Assembly: GCA_965237675.1 (NCBI GenBank)
Contig: OZ250150.1
Coordinates: forward strand, 4,288,001 to 4,352,000
Direction of reading: 5' to 3'
DNA: 64,000 bases
From: Candidatus Latescibacterota bacterium
Lineage (GTDB): Bacteria > Latescibacterota > UBA2968 > GCA-2709665
Shown here: one piece after another, positions 11,193-20,400 of the stretch
How positions within the stretch are numbered: the stretch's first letter is position 1
Layout of the letters: each line of letters begins with the position of its first letter
Program-made: the position numbers and the translations under genes
Notes under the pieces: generated by a model
What the model saw: only the letters and a program-made list of their open reading frames with translations
Databases searched by the model: none
Told to the model about the DNA's origin: nothing

Positions 11193-11234
11193 GAGGTTTG
11201 CAAGGTTGAGATTTCGGATTGGGATTGCCAATAC

Positions 11235-11672
11235 ATCCTGCTCCGAGTTGCCCATCCCGGGCGCCGAGATATTGACATATGCCAGGATCAGGCAGACTTT
11301 TTTCTCGATCACGGTCTGCCTGAAATGCGAGATCTCGTCATGCCCTGCCGTCCCGGTATCCACGCAGGTCGTCACCCCGTCGCTCAAGAAATGCGCATCC
11401 GCATTCAGACTGCCCGTAAATTTTCCGGGCGCGGGGTTCAGCCGATTTTCGTAAGCGTGAACGTGGATATCGATCAGTCCCGGCGTCACAAGCAGGCCGG
11501 CAACATCGATGACATGCGCCGCCCCGTCCGACGCCAGCCCCTCCGTGACCGCTGCGATCTTTCCATCTCTAATGCCCACGTCCCGAACCCCGTCCACACC
11601 ATTCACGGGATCGATGACGTGCCCGCTTTTAAGCAGCAAGTCTAAACGAACATCCTCCTGAACTCTTTCCAT
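11235..11672 (-). pseudogene. 5' fragment of a second amidohydrolase copy
   Basis: Matches 8915-9352; similarity ends after NISAPGMGNSEQD. Confidence 0.85.
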
Positions 11673-11985
11673 TGTACCATGCTCCGGTTAAAGGTGTAAT
11701 GACGACTGCCCGCAGGCCAGTGGTCGATGGGATTCCGGCGGCCCGGTTCCCGGCGCTTCGAGGGGTGGCGCAGGAGCCGAGGCACTCTCAGAATTGAAAC
11801 ACATGTTTTTCGGTATTGCCGGTATGAATCTCTCCGTTGTTGACCGGGCGACTAGAATTTTGAAATTGCACTGCCGTATGTTATATTGTAGACGACTGTG
11901 CCGATCATCGTCCTCACTCGGCGCACCAGTCGGCTGGCATCGATAAAGAAGAGATTCGACCCGGAAACTTCGCCCTGGAGTCATC

Positions 11986-12528
11986 GTGAGTCGGAAGAGG
12001 ACCGGACTCAACAAATATCAGAAAAGAGCATTCAGAATCGGGGAAGCGCGCATCAATGGCGAGAACATCACGAGACTTTTAGAACTCTCCCGCAGCCGCG
12101 ACCCGGAAGATCGCAAAACCGCCGCCAATTTCCTGTGCCCGTGTCACCTCCGCCGACGCGTGGAGGAAGCCTGGCGCGCGCTCTACCGCATGCTCGAAGA
12201 TCCTGACCAGGGCGTGCGCAAAGCCGCGTGGCACACCCTTGAGGACGGCGGCCGCCCGGACGACCCTGCTCTGGACGACATTTTCGAACGCGCCGCGGAA
12301 GCGGATTCCGACCGGGGAATCCGACACCAGGCCGTCAATTATCTCCGCGCCCGCCGGGGTGATACGGACCTCGCGCTCAGGGTGAAGGCGCAATCGGCGT
12401 ACCCACAACGTGGCAAGTGCGACTTCTGCGGTAGAAATGACATATCCGTAACAACCGACTTCGAAACCGAAATCCCGGACGACGGCCGGATGCGCTTCAG
12501 TCTCGTCTGCGAGGCCTGCGCCAACTGA
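11986..12528 (+). CDS. HEAT-repeat protein with CPCH motif and C-terminal CxxC..CxxC zinc ribbon
   Basis: LEDPDQGVRKAAWHTL and DSDRGIRHQAVNYL HEAT-like units; CDFC...CEAC. Confidence 0.7.
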   Translation: MSRKRTGLNKYQKRAFRIGEARINGENITRLLELSRSRDPEDRKTAANFLCPCHLRRRVEEAWRALYRMLEDPDQGVRKAAWHTLEDGGRPDDPALDDIFERAAEADSDRGIRHQAVNYLRARRGDTDLALRVKAQSAYPQRGKCDFCGRNDISVTTDFETEIPDDGRMRFSLVCEACAN

Positions 12529-12556
12529 GTCCCGCGCCCGAAACGACGGAGGAACC

Positions 12557-13348
12557 ATGCAGATCATTGTCCGTAACGAAGACGAACTCAAGGAACGCTG
12601 GAACGGCCTTCAGAACTTTCTCTTCGACCCGGAGTACTTCCGTTTCGACATGGCGTTCCCATGCGCGGAAGAGGTCGTGGACATCCTTCGAAAGGACAGC
12701 CAGGCACGGATCAACATTCCCGGCGACCTCCCGGAAGATGAAGAAAAAGAGAGGGTTGCGGAATTCAAATCGCTTCCCGTCGCGGACGTTATCGATCGCC
12801 CCTTCACGCTGTCCCACTTCCATTTGCAGAATTTCTACGGAACGGGTCAATTTCTGCAGGATTTTCAGAAAAAAGTCATGATTCCGTGGCGCACCTTTCT
12901 GGCGTCGAACGGTTTTACCTGGCAACGCTGTTATCCCATCATTTTTATTTCCGGGAAGAATTGCCACTCCTCCTACCACATGGATACGTCGCATGTTGTG
13001 GCATGGCAGATCTGGGGTATAAAATACTTCAACGCATTCAGGGATCCCTACAAATATGCACCCCTCGACGTCGCCGTCAACAACCGCGAAACCCTCAGGA
13101 GGCCGGACGGCCCGCCTGACCACGACGCGGACGACGTTCTTTCATACAAAATGGAAAAAGGCGATCTGCTTTGGAATCAGATACTCACCTCCCATTGGGT
13201 GCCTGCGGGTGACAGCGTCGCCGTGAGCGTTAACATCTCGCACGGCGGTATCGCTTACGGCGGACAGTTCTGCCCCAACGAGACAGCCCTGAGAAAACGC
13301 TGGGAAACCCATCCCAAAGAAGCATGGCTTGTGGATACTCGCTACTGA
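12557..13348 (+). CDS. JmjC/cupin-like Fe(II)/2OG oxygenase
   Basis: SSYHMD (HxD), WQIWGIKYF, GDLLW...SHWV distal His; RBS GGAGG. Confidence 0.65.
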   Translation: MQIIVRNEDELKERWNGLQNFLFDPEYFRFDMAFPCAEEVVDILRKDSQARINIPGDLPEDEEKERVAEFKSLPVADVIDRPFTLSHFHLQNFYGTGQFLQDFQKKVMIPWRTFLASNGFTWQRCYPIIFISGKNCHSSYHMDTSHVVAWQIWGIKYFNAFRDPYKYAPLDVAVNNRETLRRPDGPPDHDADDVLSYKMEKGDLLWNQILTSHWVPAGDSVAVSVNISHGGIAYGGQFCPNETALRKRWETHPKEAWLVDTRY

Positions 13349-13672
13349 CAGAGCGCGACCTCCTGAGTGAGCCTGCTGGCTGCGGCCACGGTCGCCCGCA
13401 AGCCGGATACCGGACGTGCGTGCCTGTGGTTGACGTTTCAGCTCCGGCGTGAGACATGAGAACGTGGCGGCATTCAGTGGCAGCCACATCGTCAATTGCA
13501 TATGGCATACGGACAAAGAGACGCTCATCCGGTTTCAGGATGGCGTCGGCGTCTTCGAAATATCATATTTGAATCAGACACTCCCGCGGGCAATTGGTTC
13601 GACGTCCTGCTTATTGCCAGCATTATTCTGAGTGTACTGAACGTGATGCTGGACAGCATCGCCCCTGTGCGG
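12978..13672. repeat. ~695-bp direct repeat, copy 2 of 9488-10182
   Basis: See copy 1. Confidence 0.95.
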
Positions 13673-14332
13673 GAGACCCATGGCCATCTGCTGTACGGCC
13701 TCGAATGGTTTTTCACGCTCATCTTCACCCTCGAATACCTCATGCGGCTGATCTGTGTCGGCCGCCCCCTACGTTATGCGTCTTCCTTCTTCGGCATCGT
13801 GGACCTGCTTGCCATCATTCCCACCTACATCAGTCTGCTCCTGCCGGGCAGCCAATACCTCGTGGTCATCCGTATCCTCCGGGTACTACGCGTATTTCGC
13901 GTACTCAAACTGGTGCAACATCTGGACGCCGCCCGGATGCTCGTAGACGCGGTCCGGACAAGCGGCCGCAAGATAACGGTCTTTCTGGTCGCCGTGATGA
14001 CGGCGGTCGTCATCCTCGGTTCGCTGATGTATGTAATCGAAGACCCCGAGACCGGATTTACCAGCATCCCACGAAGTATCTACTGGGCAATTGTGACCCT
14101 CACCACGGTGGGGTACGGCGATATCTCTCCCAAAACCGTGCCCGGCCAGACCCTCGCGGCCGTCGTTATGATTCTGGGTTACAGCATTATCGCTGTGCCC
14201 TCGGGCATCCTTTCGATCGAAATCTCGCAGTCCATGAAAAACAGGGATGCGACCCGGTCCTGCTCAGGATGCAACGCCGAGACACGGGAAGCCGATGCGA
14301 ATTACTGCCGATACTGTGGCACGAAACTATAA
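13496..14332 (+). CDS. Voltage-gated potassium channel (ion transporter)
   Basis: S4 RILRVLRVFRVLK; selectivity filter TTVGYGD; C-terminal CxxC..CxxC. Confidence 0.93.
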   Translation: MHMAYGQRDAHPVSGWRRRLRNIIFESDTPAGNWFDVLLIASIILSVLNVMLDSIAPVRETHGHLLYGLEWFFTLIFTLEYLMRLICVGRPLRYASSFFGIVDLLAIIPTYISLLLPGSQYLVVIRILRVLRVFRVLKLVQHLDAARMLVDAVRTSGRKITVFLVAVMTAVVILGSLMYVIEDPETGFTSIPRSIYWAIVTLTTVGYGDISPKTVPGQTLAAVVMILGYSIIAVPSGILSIEISQSMKNRDATRSCSGCNAETREADANYCRYCGTKL

Positions 14333-15305
14333 GCCGCTCGCAGCGTTCCTGCTGCTGGCGCTTGCTGTCGTCTGTTTCCGGCCCGCATCCGGGACGCCCG
14401 AACAGCGAGCTGCCGACCTGTGCACGAGCGCGGAAACCGCGGTGAGACACGGGGACGTCGAGGATGCGATGGCGTCCTACCGTGGCGCCATCGCCCTTCA
14501 CCCTGAATCCGTCCGTGCGCGTGTGGGTCTGGCGGGCCTGCTGACCAGACGCCGACGATTTGGCGAAGCGGCGGATACCCTGAAGGCGGTTTCGCTCCTC
14601 GTGTCGGGTCCCCGCGAGTGGATGGATTACGCGCGCGCCCTTCGAAATGCCCGGGCGGACGAGGAAGCCGAAGCTGCCTTTTTGAAAGCCGCAGAGGAGA
14701 TGCCGGCCAACCCGGGGGTCTCCCTCGAATTGGCCGAACTCTACGCCGTGATGGGAAACCTCGATAAAGCCGAACACCATTACCGGCGCGCCAGGTCCCT
14801 GAGCGGGGCGCGGGGCGGATATCATGCCGGCATGGGGCGCCTTCACTTCAGCCGCGGCGAACTCGACTCGACCTCGACCTACTTCCGGCAGGCCCTGCTG
14901 GAAAGTCCGGACGATATCGATTTGCTCTGCGATATCGCTCGCAACGAACTCCAGAGGAAACGGGCGCACCAGGGCATAGCCCACCTCCGACACGCGGTCG
15001 TACTGGATCCCTATCATCCACGCACGCGATACCTGCTGGCGCAGACTCTGGTCGCTCTCGGGCAGGAGGAGGAAGCCAGACGGCACCTGGATGTCTTCGA
15101 CCGCCAGAGAAGGCTGGCCGGACGCATTCGCTTTCTGGAACGGAGCGCGGCGGAGAACCCGACGGCGGAACGCTACCAGACCCTGTCTCACTACTACAGT
15201 CTGGCGGGTCGAGACAGCCTGGCCGCCGAGTGCCTGCAGAGGGCGACCGCGCTGAACCCTCTGGTCACCGCGCCCCGGGAAGTGATGGGAACCGACCGCT
15301 TCTGA
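14295..15305 (+). CDS. Exported tetratricopeptide repeat protein
   Basis: Hydrophobic leader LAAFLLLALAVVC; repeated TPR patterns (A..Y..A..L.P); start uncertain. Confidence 0.75.
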   Translation: MRITADTVARNYKPLAAFLLLALAVVCFRPASGTPEQRAADLCTSAETAVRHGDVEDAMASYRGAIALHPESVRARVGLAGLLTRRRRFGEAADTLKAVSLLVSGPREWMDYARALRNARADEEAEAAFLKAAEEMPANPGVSLELAELYAVMGNLDKAEHHYRRARSLSGARGGYHAGMGRLHFSRGELDSTSTYFRQALLESPDDIDLLCDIARNELQRKRAHQGIAHLRHAVVLDPYHPRTRYLLAQTLVALGQEEEARRHLDVFDRQRRLAGRIRFLERSAAENPTAERYQTLSHYYSLAGRDSLAAECLQRATALNPLVTAPREVMGTDRF

Positions 15306-15404
15306 CCTTTCCGGTTCCGGGATTTTCATCTGGCAGATTGGCGCCCGTGTTCCGCACACTGGATATCGGGCATTTTCAACCTCGTTATGGAAATTCGGCG
15401 GCAT

Positions 15405-17414
15405 ATGCCAACACGATCGGCGAAATCGACGGGTTCTGAAAATGACACGCCCTCCGATTCGGACACAAAACAAAATCGCGGCGTGACCTTCAGGGCCATC
15501 GTCTACGGCCTTTTCTTGTCCGTGGCCATCGGCATTCTGGGCGACACGGTACGCTACATCCTCCATGCGTCGTTTATGGCGTACAGCCATATGCCCATGG
15601 GCAACCTGATCCTCAGCCTGGTCTCCATTATCCTCTGCTCGATGCTGGCCTACAAGTTCGGCCGGCGGTTTGTCTTCTCCTCGTCGGAATGGATCACGAT
15701 ATTCTGCATGGGCTTCATCAGTTCTCTGGGGCCCACCTACGGGATCAGCGGATACCTCGTGGGGGTTGTGGTCGCGCCGCACTATTTCGCCACCCAGGAG
15801 AACGAATGGGCCCGATACCTTCACCCGTATCTCCCGAGATGGCTGATTCCGGACAACGACGGCAACGCGATGGCGTGGTTCTACGAGGGCCTGCCCCAGG
15901 GCGCATCCATTCCGTGGGGTGTCTGGGCCCTGCCTCTCTTCTGGTGGTTCAGTTTTCTCTGTGCCGTCGCGCTGGCCGCGGCCTGCCTGTCGGTCATCTT
16001 TCGCAAACAGTGGTCCGAGTACGAACGCCTCGTTTTCCCCGCAATGGAACCGATCATAGAGTTCACCACGCAGGCCGGTACGGGAAAACGCTGGTTCCCA
16101 GAATTTATGAAGGGTAAGGCGTTCTGGGCCGGATTCATGCTCACCACGTTCGTATTCGGCTGGAACATGATTGCCTGGTTCTATCCCCAGTTCCCCCGTT
16201 TTCCCACGGCTTCCGCCCGATGGACCTTTTTCTCGCGGGATTTCCCGCCGGCCTTTTTCTTTCTGAGTACGGTCGTCATCTGCTTTTCGTACTTTGCCAG
16301 CCTCGAGATCCTCTTCAGCCTCTGGTTTTTCGACGTTTTGTTCATTCTCGAGGGCGGAATTCTCAGCGGGTTGGGCGTATCGGCAATCTCGCCCTATTAC
16401 GGTCGAGGCCGTTACATCTGGCAAACGGCCGGGGGGTTTACGGCCTTTGCCCTCTGGGCGATCTGGATCGCGAGACATCACCTGCGCGACGTCGTTCTGA
16501 AAGCACTCAACCCGGATCGATCGACTCCGGACGACAGCAACGAGCTTCTTTCGTACCGGCATGCCGTGCTGGGGCTCGTCGTCGGTTGTCTTTACATGGC
16601 GCTCTGGCTGGGTTGGATCGGCATGCAGGGCAAGGTGATCGTCCTGCTTATCCTGTGTATGCTCGTCGTCTATGCCACCGTTGCAAAAATACTCGCGGAC
16701 TCCGGCATCATCTACCTGAACCCACCCACGTCGGCGTGGGGTCTGGTCAGCCGGTTTCTAGGTGGCTCCCACACGTTCACCGCGCCCACCAAAATGGCAC
16801 TCGGACTTTCCTCCCGGGCGGTCAACCACTATCGGGGCCTCACCATGGGCACGATGGCCCATATCAATCGTCTGGCTGAATTCTTGCCGGCCGGCAAACG
16901 GCGGCTGTTCGGGGCCATCTGTGCGGCATTTGTGGTTGGAATGGTCACCTCCACGCTTTACACCGTCTGGCTCGGTTATACCATCGGCGGGTATAATGTT
17001 CAACCCAACTGGCTGATCATCCGTGCGGGGATCGGACAGGTAGCGGGTATTGCCAATGCCATAAAGGCCGTGAATAGCCCCATTGAACCGGTCAACTACT
17101 GGTTCTTCCTTTCCGGCGCCGCCTTCATGGCATTCTTGAATCTGATGCGCTATCGCTTTGTATGGTGGCCATTGCATCCCATCGGGTTCGCCCTGTCCGG
17201 CACGGCACTGTCTCGCCTCACCAGCGTGACCATTTTTGTCGCCTGGCTGGTCAAACTGACCATGATCAAGCTTGCGGGCGCCGCGTTTTACCGGAAATCG
17301 AGACCTTTTTTCATCGGCATGCTGGTCGGTTACATTCTGTCCGTCGCCGCCGGCGTTGTCATGGACGCCATCTGGTTCCAACCGGACGGGCACGTGGTAC
17401 ATAAATGGTATTAG
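15405..17414 (+). CDS. DUF6785/DUF6784-type polytopic membrane protein (putative peptide transporter)
   Basis: GVTFRA, PW..W..PLFWW, FRKQWSEYERLVFP, RYRFVWWPLHPIGF, RPFFIGMLVG; many TM helices. Confidence 0.8.
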   Translation: MPTRSAKSTGSENDTPSDSDTKQNRGVTFRAIVYGLFLSVAIGILGDTVRYILHASFMAYSHMPMGNLILSLVSIILCSMLAYKFGRRFVFSSSEWITIFCMGFISSLGPTYGISGYLVGVVVAPHYFATQENEWARYLHPYLPRWLIPDNDGNAMAWFYEGLPQGASIPWGVWALPLFWWFSFLCAVALAAACLSVIFRKQWSEYERLVFPAMEPIIEFTTQAGTGKRWFPEFMKGKAFWAGFMLTTFVFGWNMIAWFYPQFPRFPTASARWTFFSRDFPPAFFFLSTVVICFSYFASLEILFSLWFFDVLFILEGGILSGLGVSAISPYYGRGRYIWQTAGGFTAFALWAIWIARHHLRDVVLKALNPDRSTPDDSNELLSYRHAVLGLVVGCLYMALWLGWIGMQGKVIVLLILCMLVVYATVAKILADSGIIYLNPPTSAWGLVSRFLGGSHTFTAPTKMALGLSSRAVNHYRGLTMGTMAHINRLAEFLPAGKRRLFGAICAAFVVGMVTSTLYTVWLGYTIGGYNVQPNWLIIRAGIGQVAGIANAIKAVNSPIEPVNYWFFLSGAAFMAFLNLMRYRFVWWPLHPIGFALSGTALSRLTSVTIFVAWLVKLTMIKLAGAAFYRKSRPFFIGMLVGYILSVAAGVVMDAIWFQPDGHVVHKWY

Positions 17415-17485
17415 CTGCGGACTGAAATTCCGAGACGTCCCAACAACGAGATCGACGCAAACCGATTCCCAATGTCGAGGTCCAT

Positions 17486-20400
17486 GTGGCACACAAGAAT
17501 ATCGCCATCGGTCTGTTCATCCTCATTGCCTTTCTCACGTTGACCCTCGTTTCCCCGCAGGCGCTCACCGACCGCCTGTTTGATTGGTTCAACATCCGTT
17601 ATCCCGAACTGCCGCCCACCAGAGTGTCCACGGGCCAACAGGAATTGGCAGACACCATCCGGGACCGTATTTCGCCGGCCGATATCGAATCGCGATTGCG
17701 CCGACTCAGCGCTTCGGGCTCGCGGGTGGTGGGCTATCCGGGCCATCGGGCCGCATCTCTTTACATTCAAGACGAGTTCAAGCACGTGGGACTGGAAAAC
17801 GTCTCCGTGGAAACCTACGACGTCACGTCGCCGGTAGACAAGGGCGGCGGCCTCCGAATCGTGGGTGAACCCGGGATCATACCCATACATGCGGTCTGGC
17901 CCAACCTGGTCCGCACGTCTACGCTGCCAGGGGCCGGACTGCGAGCCCCGCTTATCGACGCCGGCGCCGGCGAATTCGTGGATTTCAACGGAAAGGAGCC
18001 CGGCGGCAGCGTCGTACTGATGGACTTCAACTCATGGAATCGCTGGATGAATGCGCCCATGCTGGGTGCCAGGGCCATTGTCTTTATCGCTCCGGACTCG
18101 ACCACAACGGCGGAAGCAGAGCAGAAATTTTTTCAGGTTCCGCTCAACGCGCCTCGCTTCTGGATCGGTAAGTCCGAAGGGGAACGGCTTCGGCGCCGCC
18201 TGGCCGACGGCGAGCGGATGGAAGTGGAATTGACGGCGCGAATGGACTGGGAAACGCACCCCACACAAAACATCATCGGTTGGATTACGGGCACGGATCC
18301 CCAGCTTCGGGAACGCGTGGTACTCATCGACGCCTATTACGACGCCATGTCCGCGGTCCCCGCGCTGGCCCCCGGCGCCGAGCAGGCATCCGGCATCGTC
18401 GCCCTGCTTGAAATGGCCGAATACTTCAAGGCACATCCGCCCGCCCACACCATCCTTTTTCTGGCCACGTCGGCGCACCATCTCGGTTTCCGTGGCGTCT
18501 GCGACTTTCTTCGGAGGCATGCCCGAAAAGAGGAACACTTCGTCGCCCTGATGACCGACCCGATCGACATCCGGCTCTGGATCTCCCTGGACCTCTCCTC
18601 GCAATCCGACCAGATGGCCGTTTGGAACGGTTCCACCGCGTTTTACTATCAGCGTTTTTTTACACCTCTCGGGAAACGCTTCACCTCCCTCGGCGCGGAC
18701 CTGGCGCCGGCATTCGGCATGGACGCAAAGCGGTCGCTCGTTGACGGTATCAACCCACCGTCGGGTATGAGTTGGAGCATGTTCATTCCCGGCGGAAATA
18801 TAAAGACCGATTCGCAGGTCGTGCTTACCGCGGGCATGCCGACACTCGCTTTCGTGACGATCAACGATGCGCGCTTTAGAGTGGATACACCCTTTGACAC
18901 CGTGGAGCAACTCAATCTGACCAACCTGACGAATCAGATCCGCCTCCTTACCGCGGTACTCAGCAGAGCCCTCGACGAGCCGACATTCCTGCCGGATTAT
19001 CGCGTCAAGATGAAGGATCGCATGCGCGCCCTGAGGGGGCGTCTCCTCACCTACCCCCGGCGCAGCATCACCCCGGACCGGCCACGTAAGGGCGCCGTGG
19101 CGGTATTGCGGATGTCCCACGAAAAGTCCGTCAAGGGCGTGCGCGCGATATTCTACGATCAGGCCGACGAAAACGGCGAGTTCTACATTCCCGGTCTCGC
19201 AGTGCGCTGGGTCGGCCTGGATGCGTATCACCTGGACCCGGAGAGCGGCGAAATCACCTACGCGTCGGATCGGGGGCAGGCCGCCCGGATCTACAAACCC
19301 GAATTCGGAATGGACTGGTGGGTTACCCGCGCCACACGCATCATGTTTCCCTGTGTTTCAACAGACTTCTACGAAACCGTGGATCCACGTTACCTCACCA
19401 AACTCACGAATCTCACCATTTACGGCGACGGGAACACCGCCCCGCAGGAATATGGCTATACGCTGGGTTACGGCCCCAACGAGCCGGTCGGCGTGGTCTT
19501 CACCCGCCCGGGCGTCAAACTCAAACTCACCATGCAGAGCAGAGGTATCGGCATCCGCTACCTGCTGCTGAATGCAACCGATACGACAAGCGTTGAAGCC
19601 GCACGCAAAAGCGGGTTTGTGGCCTCCACACACGGTGCAATCACACACACGGCGTACCAGGCCGCAAAAGACATGTGGATCCTGGACCACGCCAGGATGC
19701 GTGAACTTCACGAATACGGCATCGAAAATGACCGTCTTACTGACTTGCACGATCGGGCAAGGGAGCATCTGGATCAGGCGGACGCGGCCCGGCAACAATT
19801 GCGGTGGGATGATTTCGTGAGACATTCCCGAGCCGCGCTTGGCCTTGAGTCACGCGCGTATCCGGATGTGAAGGGAACACAGAACGACGTGATCCGTGGT
19901 ATTATCTTCTTTATGGCGCTGGTTCTTCCGTGTGCGTTTTTCGGCGAACGACTCATTTTTACGGCGGTGGATATCCGATGGCAGATTGCCGGCTCCGCCG
20001 GTATCTTCCTGGTCATCTGGATCTTTCTGTGGGTCGTCCATCCCGCGTTCGACCTTTCCAATCCTTTCGTCATCCTCCTCGCCTTTGTGCTCCTGTGCCT
20101 GGCCACCTTCGTCATCAGCCTGGTTTTCTCCCGCTTCAACAGTCAGATGCGCAACCTGCGTACGGAGGCCGCCATTATCCACGACGTGGACGTGGGCCGG
20201 ATTTCCGCCTCGCTGGCGGCTTTTCATCTGGGTATCGCCAATATGAAAAAGCGCAAACTCAGAACGCTGCTCACCTTTTCCACGCTCGTCCTGCTCACCT
20301 TCACCGTGTTGTCGTTCACATCGATCAAATCCCAACTCAGCTATCATCAGATCAAACGAAACAACCTGGGTCAGTATCCGGGAATGCTCATCCGCAGCAA

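Noticed and set aside
11146-11210. Possible IS701/IS4-like ends (GCCAAAGTGAG, GCAAGGTTGAG; also 41461-41474)
   Set aside because: No partner IR or transposase in the window to confirm them.
14187-16562. 791-aa minus-strand ORF and other long antisense ORFs (e.g. 8096-9532, 18032-19231, 55000-56823)
   Set aside because: Shadow frames of well-supported genes in GC-rich DNA; no recognisable motifs.
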